A stretch of DNA of 64,000 bases from Nitrospirota bacterium (GTDB lineage: Bacteria > Nitrospirota > UBA9217), in assembly GCA_963840455.1 (NCBI GenBank), contig CAWIYV010000001.1, positions 256,001-320,000 on the forward strand, written 5' to 3'. The notes beneath the pieces were generated by a model. It did no database searches and was not told the origin of the DNA. It saw only the letters and a program-made list of their open reading frames with translations. Positions 46,282 through 56,623 of this stretch are shown here, piece after piece; the stretch's first letter is position 1, and each line of letters starts with the position of its first letter. A program made the position numbers and the translations under genes.

Positions 46282-47202
46282 ATGAAAAAAGACCTTCTGA
46301 CCGTAAATGACCTCACCACCGAGGAGATCGAACAGGTCCTCGAACGCTCCGCCTGGCTCAAGAAGGCGCAGAAGGACGGCATCGTTCACCATCCGCTCAG
46401 GGGCAAGTCCCTCGGCATGATCTTCGAAAAATCCTCGACGCGGACGCGGGTCTCCTTCGAGGTGGGCATGTACCAGCTGGGAGGCCAGGCCCTCTTCCTC
46501 TCCCCGGCAGACCTCCAGATGGGCCGGGGCGAACTGGTCTCGGACACGGCAAAGACCCTGTCCCGGTATCTCGACGGCATCATGATCCGCACCTTCGCGC
46601 AGTCGATGGTGGAAGAGCTGGCACAGCACGCCACGATCCCGGTGATCAACGGGCTCACCGATCTGCACCATCCCTGCCAGGCGCTTGCCGACCTGTTCAC
46701 GGTCCTGGAGCACCGCGGGGCGCTCAAAGGCCTTACGTTCTGTTATATCGGCGACGGCAACAACATGGCCCACTCGCTCATCGAAGCCTGCGTCAAGGTG
46801 GGGATGCACGTTTCCCTTGCCTGCCCGGCCGGCTATGCGCCTGATGCCGGGATCATGCGCGAGGCAAAGCAGGTGGCCAAGCGGACCGGCGCCGATCTGG
46901 GCCTGACCGATGATCCGAAAAAGGCGGTCAAGGACGCCGATGTCGTCTATACCGACGTCTGGGCCAGCATGGGCCAGGAAAAGGAGCATGGCCTGCGCGT
47001 CAAGGCGTTCGTCGGCTACCAGATCGACGAGAAGCTCATGAAGCTGGCGAGCCCCAAGGCCCTTGTCATGCACTGCCTTCCCGCCCACCGCGGCGAGGAG
47101 ATCAGCGCAGCGGTCATCGACGGCCCGCAGTCCGTCGTCTTCGACCAGGCCGAGAACCGTCTCCACACCCAGAAAGCGATCATGGAGATGCTGATGGGAT
47201 GA
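46282..47202 (+). CDS. argF: Ornithine carbamoyltransferase
   Basis: STRTR, HPCQ, DVWASMG, HCLPAHRG. Confidence 0.97.
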   Translation: MKKDLLTVNDLTTEEIEQVLERSAWLKKAQKDGIVHHPLRGKSLGMIFEKSSTRTRVSFEVGMYQLGGQALFLSPADLQMGRGELVSDTAKTLSRYLDGIMIRTFAQSMVEELAQHATIPVINGLTDLHHPCQALADLFTVLEHRGALKGLTFCYIGDGNNMAHSLIEACVKVGMHVSLACPAGYAPDAGIMREAKQVAKRTGADLGLTDDPKKAVKDADVVYTDVWASMGQEKEHGLRVKAFVGYQIDEKLMKLASPKALVMHCLPAHRGEEISAAVIDGPQSVVFDQAENRLHTQKAIMEMLMG

Positions 47203-47485
47203 GAGCGGCCAATGGTCCCCGCCGCCCGCGTTCCCTTGCCTTTCGCACCCTTCCCCTGCCATAATAATTTGAGAACAATAAATCTCAAATTTGAATATCA
47301 CGCTGACAAGCCTCCCCGAATATGCTATAAAAAACCATATTCCAACGAATCGTGAATCCAGGAGCGAGCGCAAGTCCGCGGTTTGAAGCGGGATGAGCAA
47401 GCGATCAGGATAACGACCAACCTTGCGGATCGAAGCTCTCTGCAGCACATCGGTGGAGAGCTTCAACACACGGGGAGGTGTGCGC

Positions 47486-48208
47486 ATGAAGCCATTGATC
47501 GGCATCACCATGAACCTCGAGGAGCGGGCCGCGCGCTACCTGAACATCCTCGACCAGGACTATGGAAAGGCCGTCCTGCAGGCGGGAGGCATCCCGGTCC
47601 CGGTCCTGGGGATCAAGCAATCCATTCCCGACATCATGCGGCAGCTCGATGGTTTTCTGTTCACCGGCGGCGATGATATCCATCCCCGGCTTTACCATGA
47701 GAGGCCCCTCGCCGGCGCGAAGCTCATGCTGACAACGGACAACCGCGTGAAGTTCGAGATCGATCTCTTCAAGGCCGCGGTGAAAGCAAGGAAACCGGTG
47801 CTCGCCGTCTGCTACGGCGCCCAGCTCGTGAACGTGGCGCTCGGCGGAAAGCTGTACCAGGACATCGCGCTCCAGGTGCCGAAGGCCATCAGGCATGGCG
47901 CTGCGAAGGCCGGCGAGAAGGTGTTCCATCGGGTCAGCATCTTCGAGGGCACGAGGCTCTGCAGGATCATGGGCAATTACGCGACCGGCGACTGCAGTAT
48001 CCGCGTCCGGAGCGCCCATCACCAGAGCATCAAGAACCCCGGCAAGGGCCTCAGGCTCTCCGCGGTATCCCCGGACGGCGTCTTCGAAGCATTGGAATCA
48101 CGGGGCAAGAACTACCTGGTCGCCGTGCAATGGCACCCCGAGAAGACCCTGACGGACGGTCCATCGCAGCTGCTCTTCGAGTCCCTCATCCATGCATCAA
48201 GGAGATAG
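47486..48208 (+). CDS. Peptidase C26 / gamma-glutamyl-GABA hydrolase family protein
   Basis: TGGDDI, AVCYGAQ (nucleophile Cys), HHQ, VQWHPE. Confidence 0.9.
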   Translation: MKPLIGITMNLEERAARYLNILDQDYGKAVLQAGGIPVPVLGIKQSIPDIMRQLDGFLFTGGDDIHPRLYHERPLAGAKLMLTTDNRVKFEIDLFKAAVKARKPVLAVCYGAQLVNVALGGKLYQDIALQVPKAIRHGAAKAGEKVFHRVSIFEGTRLCRIMGNYATGDCSIRVRSAHHQSIKNPGKGLRLSAVSPDGVFEALESRGKNYLVAVQWHPEKTLTDGPSQLLFESLIHASRR

Positions 48209-48217
48209 CACCGACCG

Positions 48218-49813
48218 ATGACCATCCGTCAACGGCATCGCACGCTGCTGGTCATTATCGTCGGCATACTCGTTCTTTCGTGCCTTCCCGGCTGCGACCG
48301 TTCCGGCAGCAAGCTTCCGGGCAATCTTTATCTCCGGCTCTCTGCGAACCCCACCACCCTCGATCCCGCGCTCATCACCGACGTCACCGGCGGGCTGATC
48401 GCCGCGAAGCTCTTCAACGGCCTGGTCCGGTTCAACGAACGGCTCGAGATCGTTCCAGACCTTGCCGGGTCCTGGAAGGTCTCAAGCGACCATCGCACCT
48501 ATACCTTCACGCTCAGACGAGGATTCACCTTCAGCAACGGCCGTGAGGTGACGGCGCGCGATGTTCAATATTCCTTCGAACGCGTGCTCGACCCGGGGAC
48601 CAAAGCGCCCGTTACCTGGGTATTGGACCGCATCGAGGGCGCGACGGAGGTCATCGCCGGACGGGCTTCGCACGCCGCAGGCATCCGCGTCATCGACGAC
48701 CATACACTTTCCCTCACCCTGGCACGGCCCTTTGGCCCCTTCCTCTCCCTCCTCGGCATGTCCACGGCGTATGTCGTTCCCCGCGAAGAGGTCGCCCGGC
48801 TCGGTGCGGACTTCGGGAGCCATCCTTCGGGAAGCGGTCCCTATACGCTGACGGAATGGAAGCACGGCCAGAGCCTCGCCCTCGCCGCCCGGAGCGACTA
48901 TTTCGGGGGCCGCCCCCGACTGGAGGGGATCATCTACCGGGTCATCCCCGAAGACCTCACCGCGGTCATGGAGTTCGAAACCGGCGGGCTTGATGCGCTC
49001 CTCATCCCGGCGTCCGAATACCGGCGCTATACCACGGACCCGAAGTGGCGCGGCCGGATCTTCGGGAAACCAGGGCTCAACTGCTACTACCTGGGCCTCA
49101 ATTGCAGCCGTCCGCCCTTCAACGACGTGAAGGTCCGGCAAGCCGTGAACATGGCCATCGACCGGAAACGCATCCTCGAGACGGTGTACGAGAACCGGGG
49201 CGTGCTCGCCGCGGGCCCGGTCCCGCCGCCCCTGTGGAAGTTCGGCCTGGGGCCGAGGGACACCGACGGTTACCGCTATGATCCTGAAGAAGCGAGACAA
49301 CGGGTGCGCGAAGCGGGGCTGGAGGGAACACGGATCAGGGTCTTCATCTCTGCCGAAGCTGAGGTCCTCGACCTTCTGGAGGTCATCCAGCAGTATCTGT
49401 CCCGTGCGGGCCTCAAGGCGGACATCGTGCAACTGGACTGGAGCGCCTACAAGGAAGCGCTGAACAGGGGAGACGCCGATGCGTTCTGGCTTTCCTGGTG
49501 GGCCGACTACCCGGACCCGGAGAACTTCTTCTACCCTATGTTCCATTCTGCGAACAGGGGGCCGGCCGGCAACAGGACCTGGTTCGTCGACCGGGCCGTT
49601 GACCGCCTGATCAAAGAGGCCCAGTCGACCGTTGACGAACGGGACCGTTACCGGCTGTACCGGCAGGCAGACGAACGCATCGTTCAGGAGGCGCCCTGGG
49701 TCTTCATGTGGCATCGTTCCGACTTTTTCGTCGTGCAGCCCCGGGTCCAGGACTTCCGGATCTATCCCATCTACTCGGTCGACAAGGGAATGGACATCTC
49801 CCTGAAACAATAA
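48218..49813 (+). CDS. ABC transporter substrate-binding lipoprotein, family 5 (peptide/nickel)
   Basis: Lipobox LPGC; TLDP, PDLA.SW, GSGPY, VRQAVNMAID, W.ADYPDP. Confidence 0.93.
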   Translation: MTIRQRHRTLLVIIVGILVLSCLPGCDRSGSKLPGNLYLRLSANPTTLDPALITDVTGGLIAAKLFNGLVRFNERLEIVPDLAGSWKVSSDHRTYTFTLRRGFTFSNGREVTARDVQYSFERVLDPGTKAPVTWVLDRIEGATEVIAGRASHAAGIRVIDDHTLSLTLARPFGPFLSLLGMSTAYVVPREEVARLGADFGSHPSGSGPYTLTEWKHGQSLALAARSDYFGGRPRLEGIIYRVIPEDLTAVMEFETGGLDALLIPASEYRRYTTDPKWRGRIFGKPGLNCYYLGLNCSRPPFNDVKVRQAVNMAIDRKRILETVYENRGVLAAGPVPPPLWKFGLGPRDTDGYRYDPEEARQRVREAGLEGTRIRVFISAEAEVLDLLEVIQQYLSRAGLKADIVQLDWSAYKEALNRGDADAFWLSWWADYPDPENFFYPMFHSANRGPAGNRTWFVDRAVDRLIKEAQSTVDERDRYRLYRQADERIVQEAPWVFMWHRSDFFVVQPRVQDFRIYPIYSVDKGMDISLKQ

Positions 49814-49952
49814 CGCCGGGACCGACCTGTTCACAGGTCACACCCCGGCGATCAAATTGATCCTTGTCCTCAGTCCTCAATCTCCTGACTTTTCCCCGTG
49901 TCCTCCCGTTTACGCGTCACGTGTCGGATTTGTCCCCGCTCCCGTCTCTCTG

Positions 49953-50336
49953 CTATCCCTTCCAGGGCTGCAAGGCCTTAGCGACTTTCACTTTCAACTC
50001 CTGACCGAACTCCCTGATGCCGTGCGCCTCACGGGCATGGACCGCCACCCCGTCGACGATCAGATCCTCGGTCTGGGCGATATACTTCCATCCGCATCCC
50101 TTCCCAAGGTCGCAGTTGTAAACCTTCAGCATGAGATCCTCCGCCGCCTTTGCCTCCACCGGAGAAGGATTGCTGAATGATCTCTTGATCTTCGCCACCA
50201 TGTCGCTGTCCAGCGACTGCCGGCCATGCACGTCCCTCAGATGGACGGCCACCACATCAGCAAGCAATTCATCGGTCTTGGCAATGTGTTTCCACGAACA
50301 CTTGTTTCCCAGACTGCTGCATTTGAACTCTCTCAT
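49953..50336 (-). CDS. Tandem DUF1059 domain protein
   Basis: Two C-x6-C...H-x3-HG repeats; AGGAGG RBS. Confidence 0.85.
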   Translation of the reverse strand: MREFKCSSLGNKCSWKHIAKTDELLADVVAVHLRDVHGRQSLDSDMVAKIKRSFSNPSPVEAKAAEDLMLKVYNCDLGKGCGWKYIAQTEDLIVDGVAVHAREAHGIREFGQELKVKVAKALQPWKG

Positions 50337-50585
50337 GACCTGCCCTCCTTTTCCCTTTTTGCTCCCGTCTTGCTTTAAGTATAGCACACTTTATTAATCA
50401 GGATGGATACCGTCTTGATATAGGGCAGGAACCGCAGGGGAGGCTATGGCATCGATCACGATGGAAAAGGGAATCGTGTTCAGCGGAAGATCTTGCGGGT
50501 AATGCGGGGGCCGGCACGGGTAAAGAAAAAGCCGGGGCGGGATTGCCCCGGCGATCATATGTTCATTGTCTGTTCGAAACGATCC

Positions 50586-51833
50586 CTAGTTCATCCCGCC
50601 GTAGGAATGGAGGCCGGACAGGACCAGGTTCACACCGAGGTAGGTGAAGATCACGGCCAGGAAGCCCACTGCCGAGATGACCGCCATCTGGGTTCCCTTC
50701 CACCCGCGTACGTAGCGTGCATGGAGGTAAATGGCGTAGACGAACCAGGTGATGAGCGACCAGGTCTCCTTCGGGTCCCAGCTCCAGTAGGTTCCCCAGG
50801 CGCTGTTGGCCCACACGGCGCCGGTAATGATGCCGCCGGTGAGGAGCGGCCACCCGATGGCGATCATCCGGTAGGTGACGTCGTCGAGAATATCCTGGCC
50901 GGGGACGTGCTGCTTCAGGACCCGCTTGAGCGACATGCCCTTCGACCATACGAACCAGAACAGAACGGCAACGAGGGCCCAGGAAATGAGCACCGAGAAG
51001 AGCGACTTGCTCAGGAACGATGCCTCGAAGAGGTGCTGCTTCATCGATTCGCCCGGGGCGATGGAGTGGGTCATGTTCAGGTAGATGATGTCGAAGCCCA
51101 TGGAGACCATGATGCCGATGGCCAGGGTGACGCAGAAGGACCAGAACAGGTAGACCTGCGGCTTGTTCCTGGCCCCGCGCATGACGAGATAGAGGAACCA
51201 GGCGAGGATCAGGACGCCGAGCCCCAACCAGAAGACCGTCTTCATCCGCTCCCCGGCGGCGGCCATGGCGTGACCGACCGGGACGAGCACGGCGATAACG
51301 CCCATGCCGTATCCCAGGTCACGGACCGGCCCCCGGTCCTCCATGTCGATCAGCAGGAAGACCATGCTCACCGCGAAGGCAACGCCGAAGGCGGCATAGC
51401 CCAGGAAGCTGATCAGCACATGATAGAACAGCCAGTTGCTCTTGAGCGCCGGTACGAGCGGCGAGATATCGGTGCTGATGCCGGCAAAGTTGATGAATGC
51501 CAGCGCCAGGAAGGCCACCGGCATGACAAAGGCGCCGAAGGCCCGGGTCTTGTACTTCCACTCGACGATGACATAGATGAGCACCGTGCTCCAGGTGAAA
51601 AAGACCAGCGACTCGTAGAGGTTGGACAGCGGCACCCGGCCGATCCCCATCTGGTAGGACTCGGCCCAGCGCATCCCCAGGGCGATGGTCTGAAGCACGA
51701 GGCCGGCATAGGTGACAAACGAGGCTGCCTTGCCGACACCCTCGATCCTGAACGCCAGATAGCTGATATAGAGCACCATGGCGACAAGGTATGCGATCGT
51801 TGCGAACGTGAAAAGCTGGGGGCTGTCCATCAT
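50586..51833 (-). CDS. ccsA: System II cytochrome c synthase CcsA/ResC subunit
   Basis: PLSNLYES, PALKSNWLFYHV, WGTYWSWDPKETW, YLH, GLHSY. Confidence 0.95.
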   Translation of the reverse strand: MMDSPQLFTFATIAYLVAMVLYISYLAFRIEGVGKAASFVTYAGLVLQTIALGMRWAESYQMGIGRVPLSNLYESLVFFTWSTVLIYVIVEWKYKTRAFGAFVMPVAFLALAFINFAGISTDISPLVPALKSNWLFYHVLISFLGYAAFGVAFAVSMVFLLIDMEDRGPVRDLGYGMGVIAVLVPVGHAMAAAGERMKTVFWLGLGVLILAWFLYLVMRGARNKPQVYLFWSFCVTLAIGIMVSMGFDIIYLNMTHSIAPGESMKQHLFEASFLSKSLFSVLISWALVAVLFWFVWSKGMSLKRVLKQHVPGQDILDDVTYRMIAIGWPLLTGGIITGAVWANSAWGTYWSWDPKETWSLITWFVYAIYLHARYVRGWKGTQMAVISAVGFLAVIFTYLGVNLVLSGLHSYGGMN

Positions 51834-51847
51834 TTCCTCCGTAAGAA

Positions 51848-53365
51848 TTACTTCGCGATATCTTCCACGATGCTGTTGAATTCCCGCTCAAAGGCGAGCC
51901 GGTTCCGGTTCGACGATCCGCCGACCAGCACCGCTGCCTGCCCCTTCCGGTCCTGGATCCTCACCCAGACCTTCCGGTGCGACCCGAAGAACGCGATGAC
52001 CGGCCCCACGCAGAGCAGGATGAAGCCGGTATACACGATCCACACGCCCGGGTCCTTGGTCACCTGGAGGCCCGTGTAGCGCGCGCCCCAGTAGTCCACG
52101 TAGCGGATGATGTAATTTTCGGGCATCAGGGGCTCGCCGGAGTCGACCTTCATCACCTGGGTGCGGAAGATCGGCGTGTTGGTCCTGCCGCGCAGCACTT
52201 CGAGCTCGACAACAGGGTTGACGAGCTCGTCGTTCCGGGACTCGTAGAACTGGACCTTGCCCGTGGCGGGGTCCCGCATGCCGAAGGGCCCGATGCCGAG
52301 GGCCTTGATGGTCCGGTCGATGGAGGCGACATAGACCGATGAACCCGGGTCCACGACGACGGTTTCACCGGGGCCCGGGGCGTTCTTGAGCTTGATGTTC
52401 AGCACGATCTTGCCCGTAGCGTTCGGGATCGTGCCGTAGCTGGACTGGTAGAAGGTTATGCCGTGATAACTGAGCGGATCGTTCACCCGGATGCGCTTGT
52501 CGAAGATCTTCTGCTGCTGGAGATTGTAGACGGAGAGCTGGCTCCAGTACTCCGACGGCATGCCCGTCGGCCGGCCGGCGTTCTGGTAGTAGTCGACCTC
52601 GAAATCGTCGCACCGCACGTAGAAGCCGATCGGCATCGCGGGAACTCCGCCCCGGCGGTCGTGGACCACCGGGCTTTTGCTGATGCCGAACCCGTCCATG
52701 ATCTTGTCCCACAAGGGCTCGTTCCGCAGATACACGACGTCCGACACCTGGCCCTCAGGCAGGTTCAGGAACCCCTTGAACCCGAAGAACGCACCGGTCA
52801 GCGCCCCGGTAAAGATGAGGATGATGCTCACATGGGTGATATACACTCCCATGCGGGTGTATGCGCCCTTCTGGGATGCCAGGTTGGTCGTCCCCTGCTC
52901 CTTCGAGACCAGGTGGCTGTACCGCTTCCCCTGGAGGGCCTTGAGCGCGGCCAGCTCCGCCTGCTCCATCCCGCCCTTGGCCATGATCTCCTTCTTGAAC
53001 GGGGCCGCCGCCTTATAGCCATCCTCGTCAAGGAACTTCAGCGGGGCCCGCATTGCCTTCCAGGCATAGGGGAAGCGTTCGAGAGTGCAGATGGTAAGGT
53101 TCGCCGTGAACATCAGCAGGATGAGGACGAACCACCAGGTGTGGTACAGGTCAAAGAACCCGAGGGTCTCGAAGAGCTCGACGGTGCCCTGGCTGTACTC
53201 CCTCAGGTAATCCTCAGGCGCCTGGTTCTGCTGGATCACCGTGCCGATGACCGATACGACCGCGAGGATGATGAGCAGCACCACGGCAAGCTTCACCGAG
53301 GAGAAAAACTTCCATATCTTGTCAGCGACGACCTCAATGATGCCCTGCTGGTCCTTGTTTTCCAA
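51848..53365 (-). CDS. resB: System II cytochrome c biogenesis protein ResB
   Basis: FSSVKLA, GTVIQQ, YITHVS, VNDPL..GITFYQSSY, TGLQVTKDPG. Confidence 0.95.
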   Translation of the reverse strand: MENKDQQGIIEVVADKIWKFFSSVKLAVVLLIILAVVSVIGTVIQQNQAPEDYLREYSQGTVELFETLGFFDLYHTWWFVLILLMFTANLTICTLERFPYAWKAMRAPLKFLDEDGYKAAAPFKKEIMAKGGMEQAELAALKALQGKRYSHLVSKEQGTTNLASQKGAYTRMGVYITHVSIILIFTGALTGAFFGFKGFLNLPEGQVSDVVYLRNEPLWDKIMDGFGISKSPVVHDRRGGVPAMPIGFYVRCDDFEVDYYQNAGRPTGMPSEYWSQLSVYNLQQQKIFDKRIRVNDPLSYHGITFYQSSYGTIPNATGKIVLNIKLKNAPGPGETVVVDPGSSVYVASIDRTIKALGIGPFGMRDPATGKVQFYESRNDELVNPVVELEVLRGRTNTPIFRTQVMKVDSGEPLMPENYIIRYVDYWGARYTGLQVTKDPGVWIVYTGFILLCVGPVIAFFGSHRKVWVRIQDRKGQAAVLVGGSSNRNRLAFEREFNSIVEDIAK

Positions 53366-53558
53366 TTCGCGATCCCTCCGCTCGTGCGTACAAACGACCC
53401 GCTAAACTAACATACCGGCAGGGAAACTGTCAAGGAGATTTGGATAGTTCCTCGTGACCGCGGACAGCGACGACGCCCGGAACGCTGCCCGCCGGCTGGT
53501 GCGCCGCGCATGGGGCAGGACATGATAAATGCGGCCAAGTATGGTATGATGATAACCA

Positions 53559-55562
53559 ATGCAGGACGCCGAGGTCACCATCCTTCGGGAGCTCATCATC
53601 CTTCTGGCCGTATCGCTCCCCATCACCTTCCTGTTCCACAAGGCGAAGCTGCCCGCACTGGTGGGGTTCCTCATCACCGGAGTGCTGATCGGCCCCCACG
53701 GAACGGCGGTCATCACCGAGACCCAGGCAGTGGAGCGGCTGGCCGACGTGGGCGTTGTGCTCCTCCTGTTCACGGTTGGACTCGAGTTCTCCATCGAGGA
53801 CATCATGCGTTCGGGACGCCAGCTCCTGCTGGGAGGGGGGACCCAGGTCGTCCTGACCGTCGGCGCCGTCGCGGGCATCGCCCTGCTCTTCGGCTACCCG
53901 ATGACCCAGGCGCTCTTTTTCGGATTTCTTGCGTCGCTCAGCAGCACGGCCATCGTGCTTAAGATGTACTCGGACCGCGCGGAGCTGGACACGGCGCACG
54001 GCAGGCTCTCCACGGGGATCCTCCTGTTCCAGGACATGGCTGTCGTGCCCATGATGCTGCTGCTCCCCGTTCTCGGACAGGCCGGGACCGCGGGCGAGAT
54101 CACCCCCGTCTCCGTCATGATGAGCCTGGGGAAGGCGGTGCTCGGGCTGGCGGTCGTGTTCCTCGCCGCGCGGCAGATCGTCCCGTTCCTGCTGCACCAC
54201 GTTATCCGGCTGAGGAACCGGGAGATGTTCTTCCTGCTCGTGGTCCTGCTCTGTCTCGGGACCGCTTGGATCACGTTCAGCCTCGGGCTCTCCCTTGCCC
54301 TCGGCGCGTTCCTGGCAGGGCTCATCATCGCCGAGTCCGAGTACAGCCATCAGATCGTGGCTGACATCCTTCCTTTCCGCGACTACTTCGCCAGCATCTT
54401 CTTCATCTCCGTCGGGATGCTGCTCAAGACCGACTACTTCCTGATGCACTGGCCCCTGCTCATCGGCCTCACGACCGTGCTCGCCCTGCTCAAGACCGGC
54501 CTTGTGACCGTCACTGCCGCTGTCCTGCGCTATCCCGTCCGCTCAGCGCTGCTGTCCGGCCTCGCCCTGGCCCAGGTGGGCGAGTTCTCGTTCCTCCTGG
54601 CAGACCAGGGCAGCCGGTTCGGGCTGATCGCCGGAAACACCTTCCAGGCCTTCATCAACACCTCGATCCTGACCATGATCGCGACCCCGTTCATCATGCA
54701 TGTCGCGCCCTGGTTCGCCGACCGCATCCGCCTACCCCGACCCGACTCCACGGACAACGCTAATGTCTGCTCGCTCACGGGCCACACGATCATCGCCGGT
54801 TACGGCCTGAACGGCAGGAACCTGGCCCGGACCCTCCGCGCGACGCGGATCCCCTACACCGTGCTGGAAGTGAACGCCGACACCATCCGCAAAGCGCGGG
54901 ACGACGGCGAGCCCATCATCTATGGCGACATCACGCGGGAGGACGTGCTCGTGCGGGCGGGCGCCGACTGCGCGCGGGTCATCGTGTTCGCCATTTCCGA
55001 TTTCTCCGCGACCCGCATGGCCATCCGCTTCGTGCGCTCGATCAACCCGTCCATCTTCATCCTGGTCCGGACCCGGTACGCGGCTGAAGTGGACGAGCTC
55101 CTGAAGCTCGGCGCCGACCAGGTCATCGCCGAGGAGTTCGAGACCTCCATCGAGATCTTCTCCCGGGTGCTCCACCAGTACCATGTCCCAGGCAATATCA
55201 TCGCCAACCAGATCAGCCTCGTTCGGTTCGACGGCTATAAGATGCTGCGCGGGCTGTCCCTGGACCAGGAGAAGATCGGCAGGCTCGCGGCGCTGTTTGC
55301 CGCTGCCACGGTGGACAACGTGCAGGTCCAGCCGGAATGTGCGTGTATCGGGAAGACGCTCAAGGAGCTGGATATCAGGCGGTCCTCAGGAGCGACCGTG
55401 CTTGCCATTGTGCGGAACGGTGAAGCGGTCACGAACCCCGGCATCGACTTTCACCTTGAGGCGGACGATATCCTCGTGCTGCTGGGTGCGCACAAGGAGC
55501 TTGATGCCGCGGCGACGCTTCTGACACAGAGGCCGGGAGGATCGGCAACAGGGGCGGGGTGA
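53559..55562 (+). CDS. CPA2/Kef-type cation:proton antiporter with TrkA-N and TrkA-C domains
   Basis: LSSTAIV, LFQD, GAFLAG, QVGEFSF, IAGYGLNG, YGD. Confidence 0.93.
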   Translation: MQDAEVTILRELIILLAVSLPITFLFHKAKLPALVGFLITGVLIGPHGTAVITETQAVERLADVGVVLLLFTVGLEFSIEDIMRSGRQLLLGGGTQVVLTVGAVAGIALLFGYPMTQALFFGFLASLSSTAIVLKMYSDRAELDTAHGRLSTGILLFQDMAVVPMMLLLPVLGQAGTAGEITPVSVMMSLGKAVLGLAVVFLAARQIVPFLLHHVIRLRNREMFFLLVVLLCLGTAWITFSLGLSLALGAFLAGLIIAESEYSHQIVADILPFRDYFASIFFISVGMLLKTDYFLMHWPLLIGLTTVLALLKTGLVTVTAAVLRYPVRSALLSGLALAQVGEFSFLLADQGSRFGLIAGNTFQAFINTSILTMIATPFIMHVAPWFADRIRLPRPDSTDNANVCSLTGHTIIAGYGLNGRNLARTLRATRIPYTVLEVNADTIRKARDDGEPIIYGDITREDVLVRAGADCARVIVFAISDFSATRMAIRFVRSINPSIFILVRTRYAAEVDELLKLGADQVIAEEFETSIEIFSRVLHQYHVPGNIIANQISLVRFDGYKMLRGLSLDQEKIGRLAALFAAATVDNVQVQPECACIGKTLKELDIRRSSGATVLAIVRNGEAVTNPGIDFHLEADDILVLLGAHKELDAAATLLTQRPGGSATGAG

Positions 55563-55721
55563 CACGGGGAAATAAGGGAAGGGTCAAGGGGCAAGGGGCA
55601 AGGGCCAAGAACACCTTCCGTTGCCGCAGAATGGTGTTGCGAATGAAGATGGCAATGGGTATAATCAGTCTCGTTACTTTTCAATTTTCACGTTGATCTC
55701 CAACTTTCAATTTAATAAACT

Positions 55722-55820
55722 GGGAGAGGTTACGGAGCTGGTGCCCGTCCCGGACTTCAAATCCGGTGGTTCCTGGCTTTGGTCAGGAATGGTGAGTTCG
55801 ATTCTCATGCTCTCCCGCCA
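55722..55820 (+). tRNA. selC: tRNA-Sec (anticodon TCA)
   Basis: GGGAGAG acceptor stem, long D stem with 4-nt loop, CCGGA-CTTCAAA-TCCGG, long variable arm GTTCCTGGC-TTTG-GTCAGGAAT, TTCGATT loop, GCCA end. Confidence 0.93.
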
Positions 55821-56092
55821 TATATAGTCCAATGCAGTCCGATGTAATGCTAAGCCGTCCTTGAGAACAGGGGCATATGCTTTTTCTATAGAAGTCGCAA
55901 GTTCAATTGTAAAGTGCAACACTACCTTTTATGCCAATGTATACATTACGGTTGAAGTATATTCATATCCGCAGCTCACGGTGCATTTATGGCGTTGCCC
56001 TGCATTGATTTTGGATATGTCTGTACGGATAAATACCCTGAGGTGATGACTACGTAGGGAAATCCTAGCAAGAAGAAAGGAGCATCGGGGAC

Positions 56093-56520
56093 ATGAGAGC
56101 CTTTAGATTATCTTTGCAATTCGCCTTGTTGATCGCTATTGTTTCATTTCATGATGGGTTTGGCCTTACCAGGGCCAACAACTAAGTTCTCCACGAATGG
56201 AGTGATGAGATATATCAAGAACGGCGCGAAAAGATCGCCTGTGATCAGTGCATTGTAGAGGCGAAGTTGGCGAATGAGAAGACGGTTTGAAGAAGATTTC
56301 GTGAAGGCATTAAAGGACCGCAGGAGTAGATGCGTCGTGAGCTTACAACGTGATGCCTGACCCATCGTAGTACGATAAGGACGCCATTGCGGTACAATCA
56401 AAAGCAGTTGGGGTAGTACCTGCGGATTAATAGACGCTCTTGAAACGGTCACGGCAACGAAATTCTGATGTATCGAGATTGACTTAACTTGAGGCGAAAG
56501 AATTTTCTCCGTAAACAGAC
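56093..56520 (+). pseudogene. Decayed paralog of the 57235 lipoprotein
   Basis: Same leader aaaggagcatcgg..atgagag and collinear similarity (ccaacaac..ttctcca, gaaaagatc..gtgatca, ggcattaaagga, gacgc.attgcggtacaa) broken by indels and stops. Confidence 0.75.
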
Positions 56521-56623
56521 GTTCGCGACATGAAGTCACCAAGTGGTCTCACGTTTGCGTTAAGATCTACCAGTTCGGTCTGTCGAGAACACCCCCCTGA
56601 CTTTAGATCCAATTATTACATCG

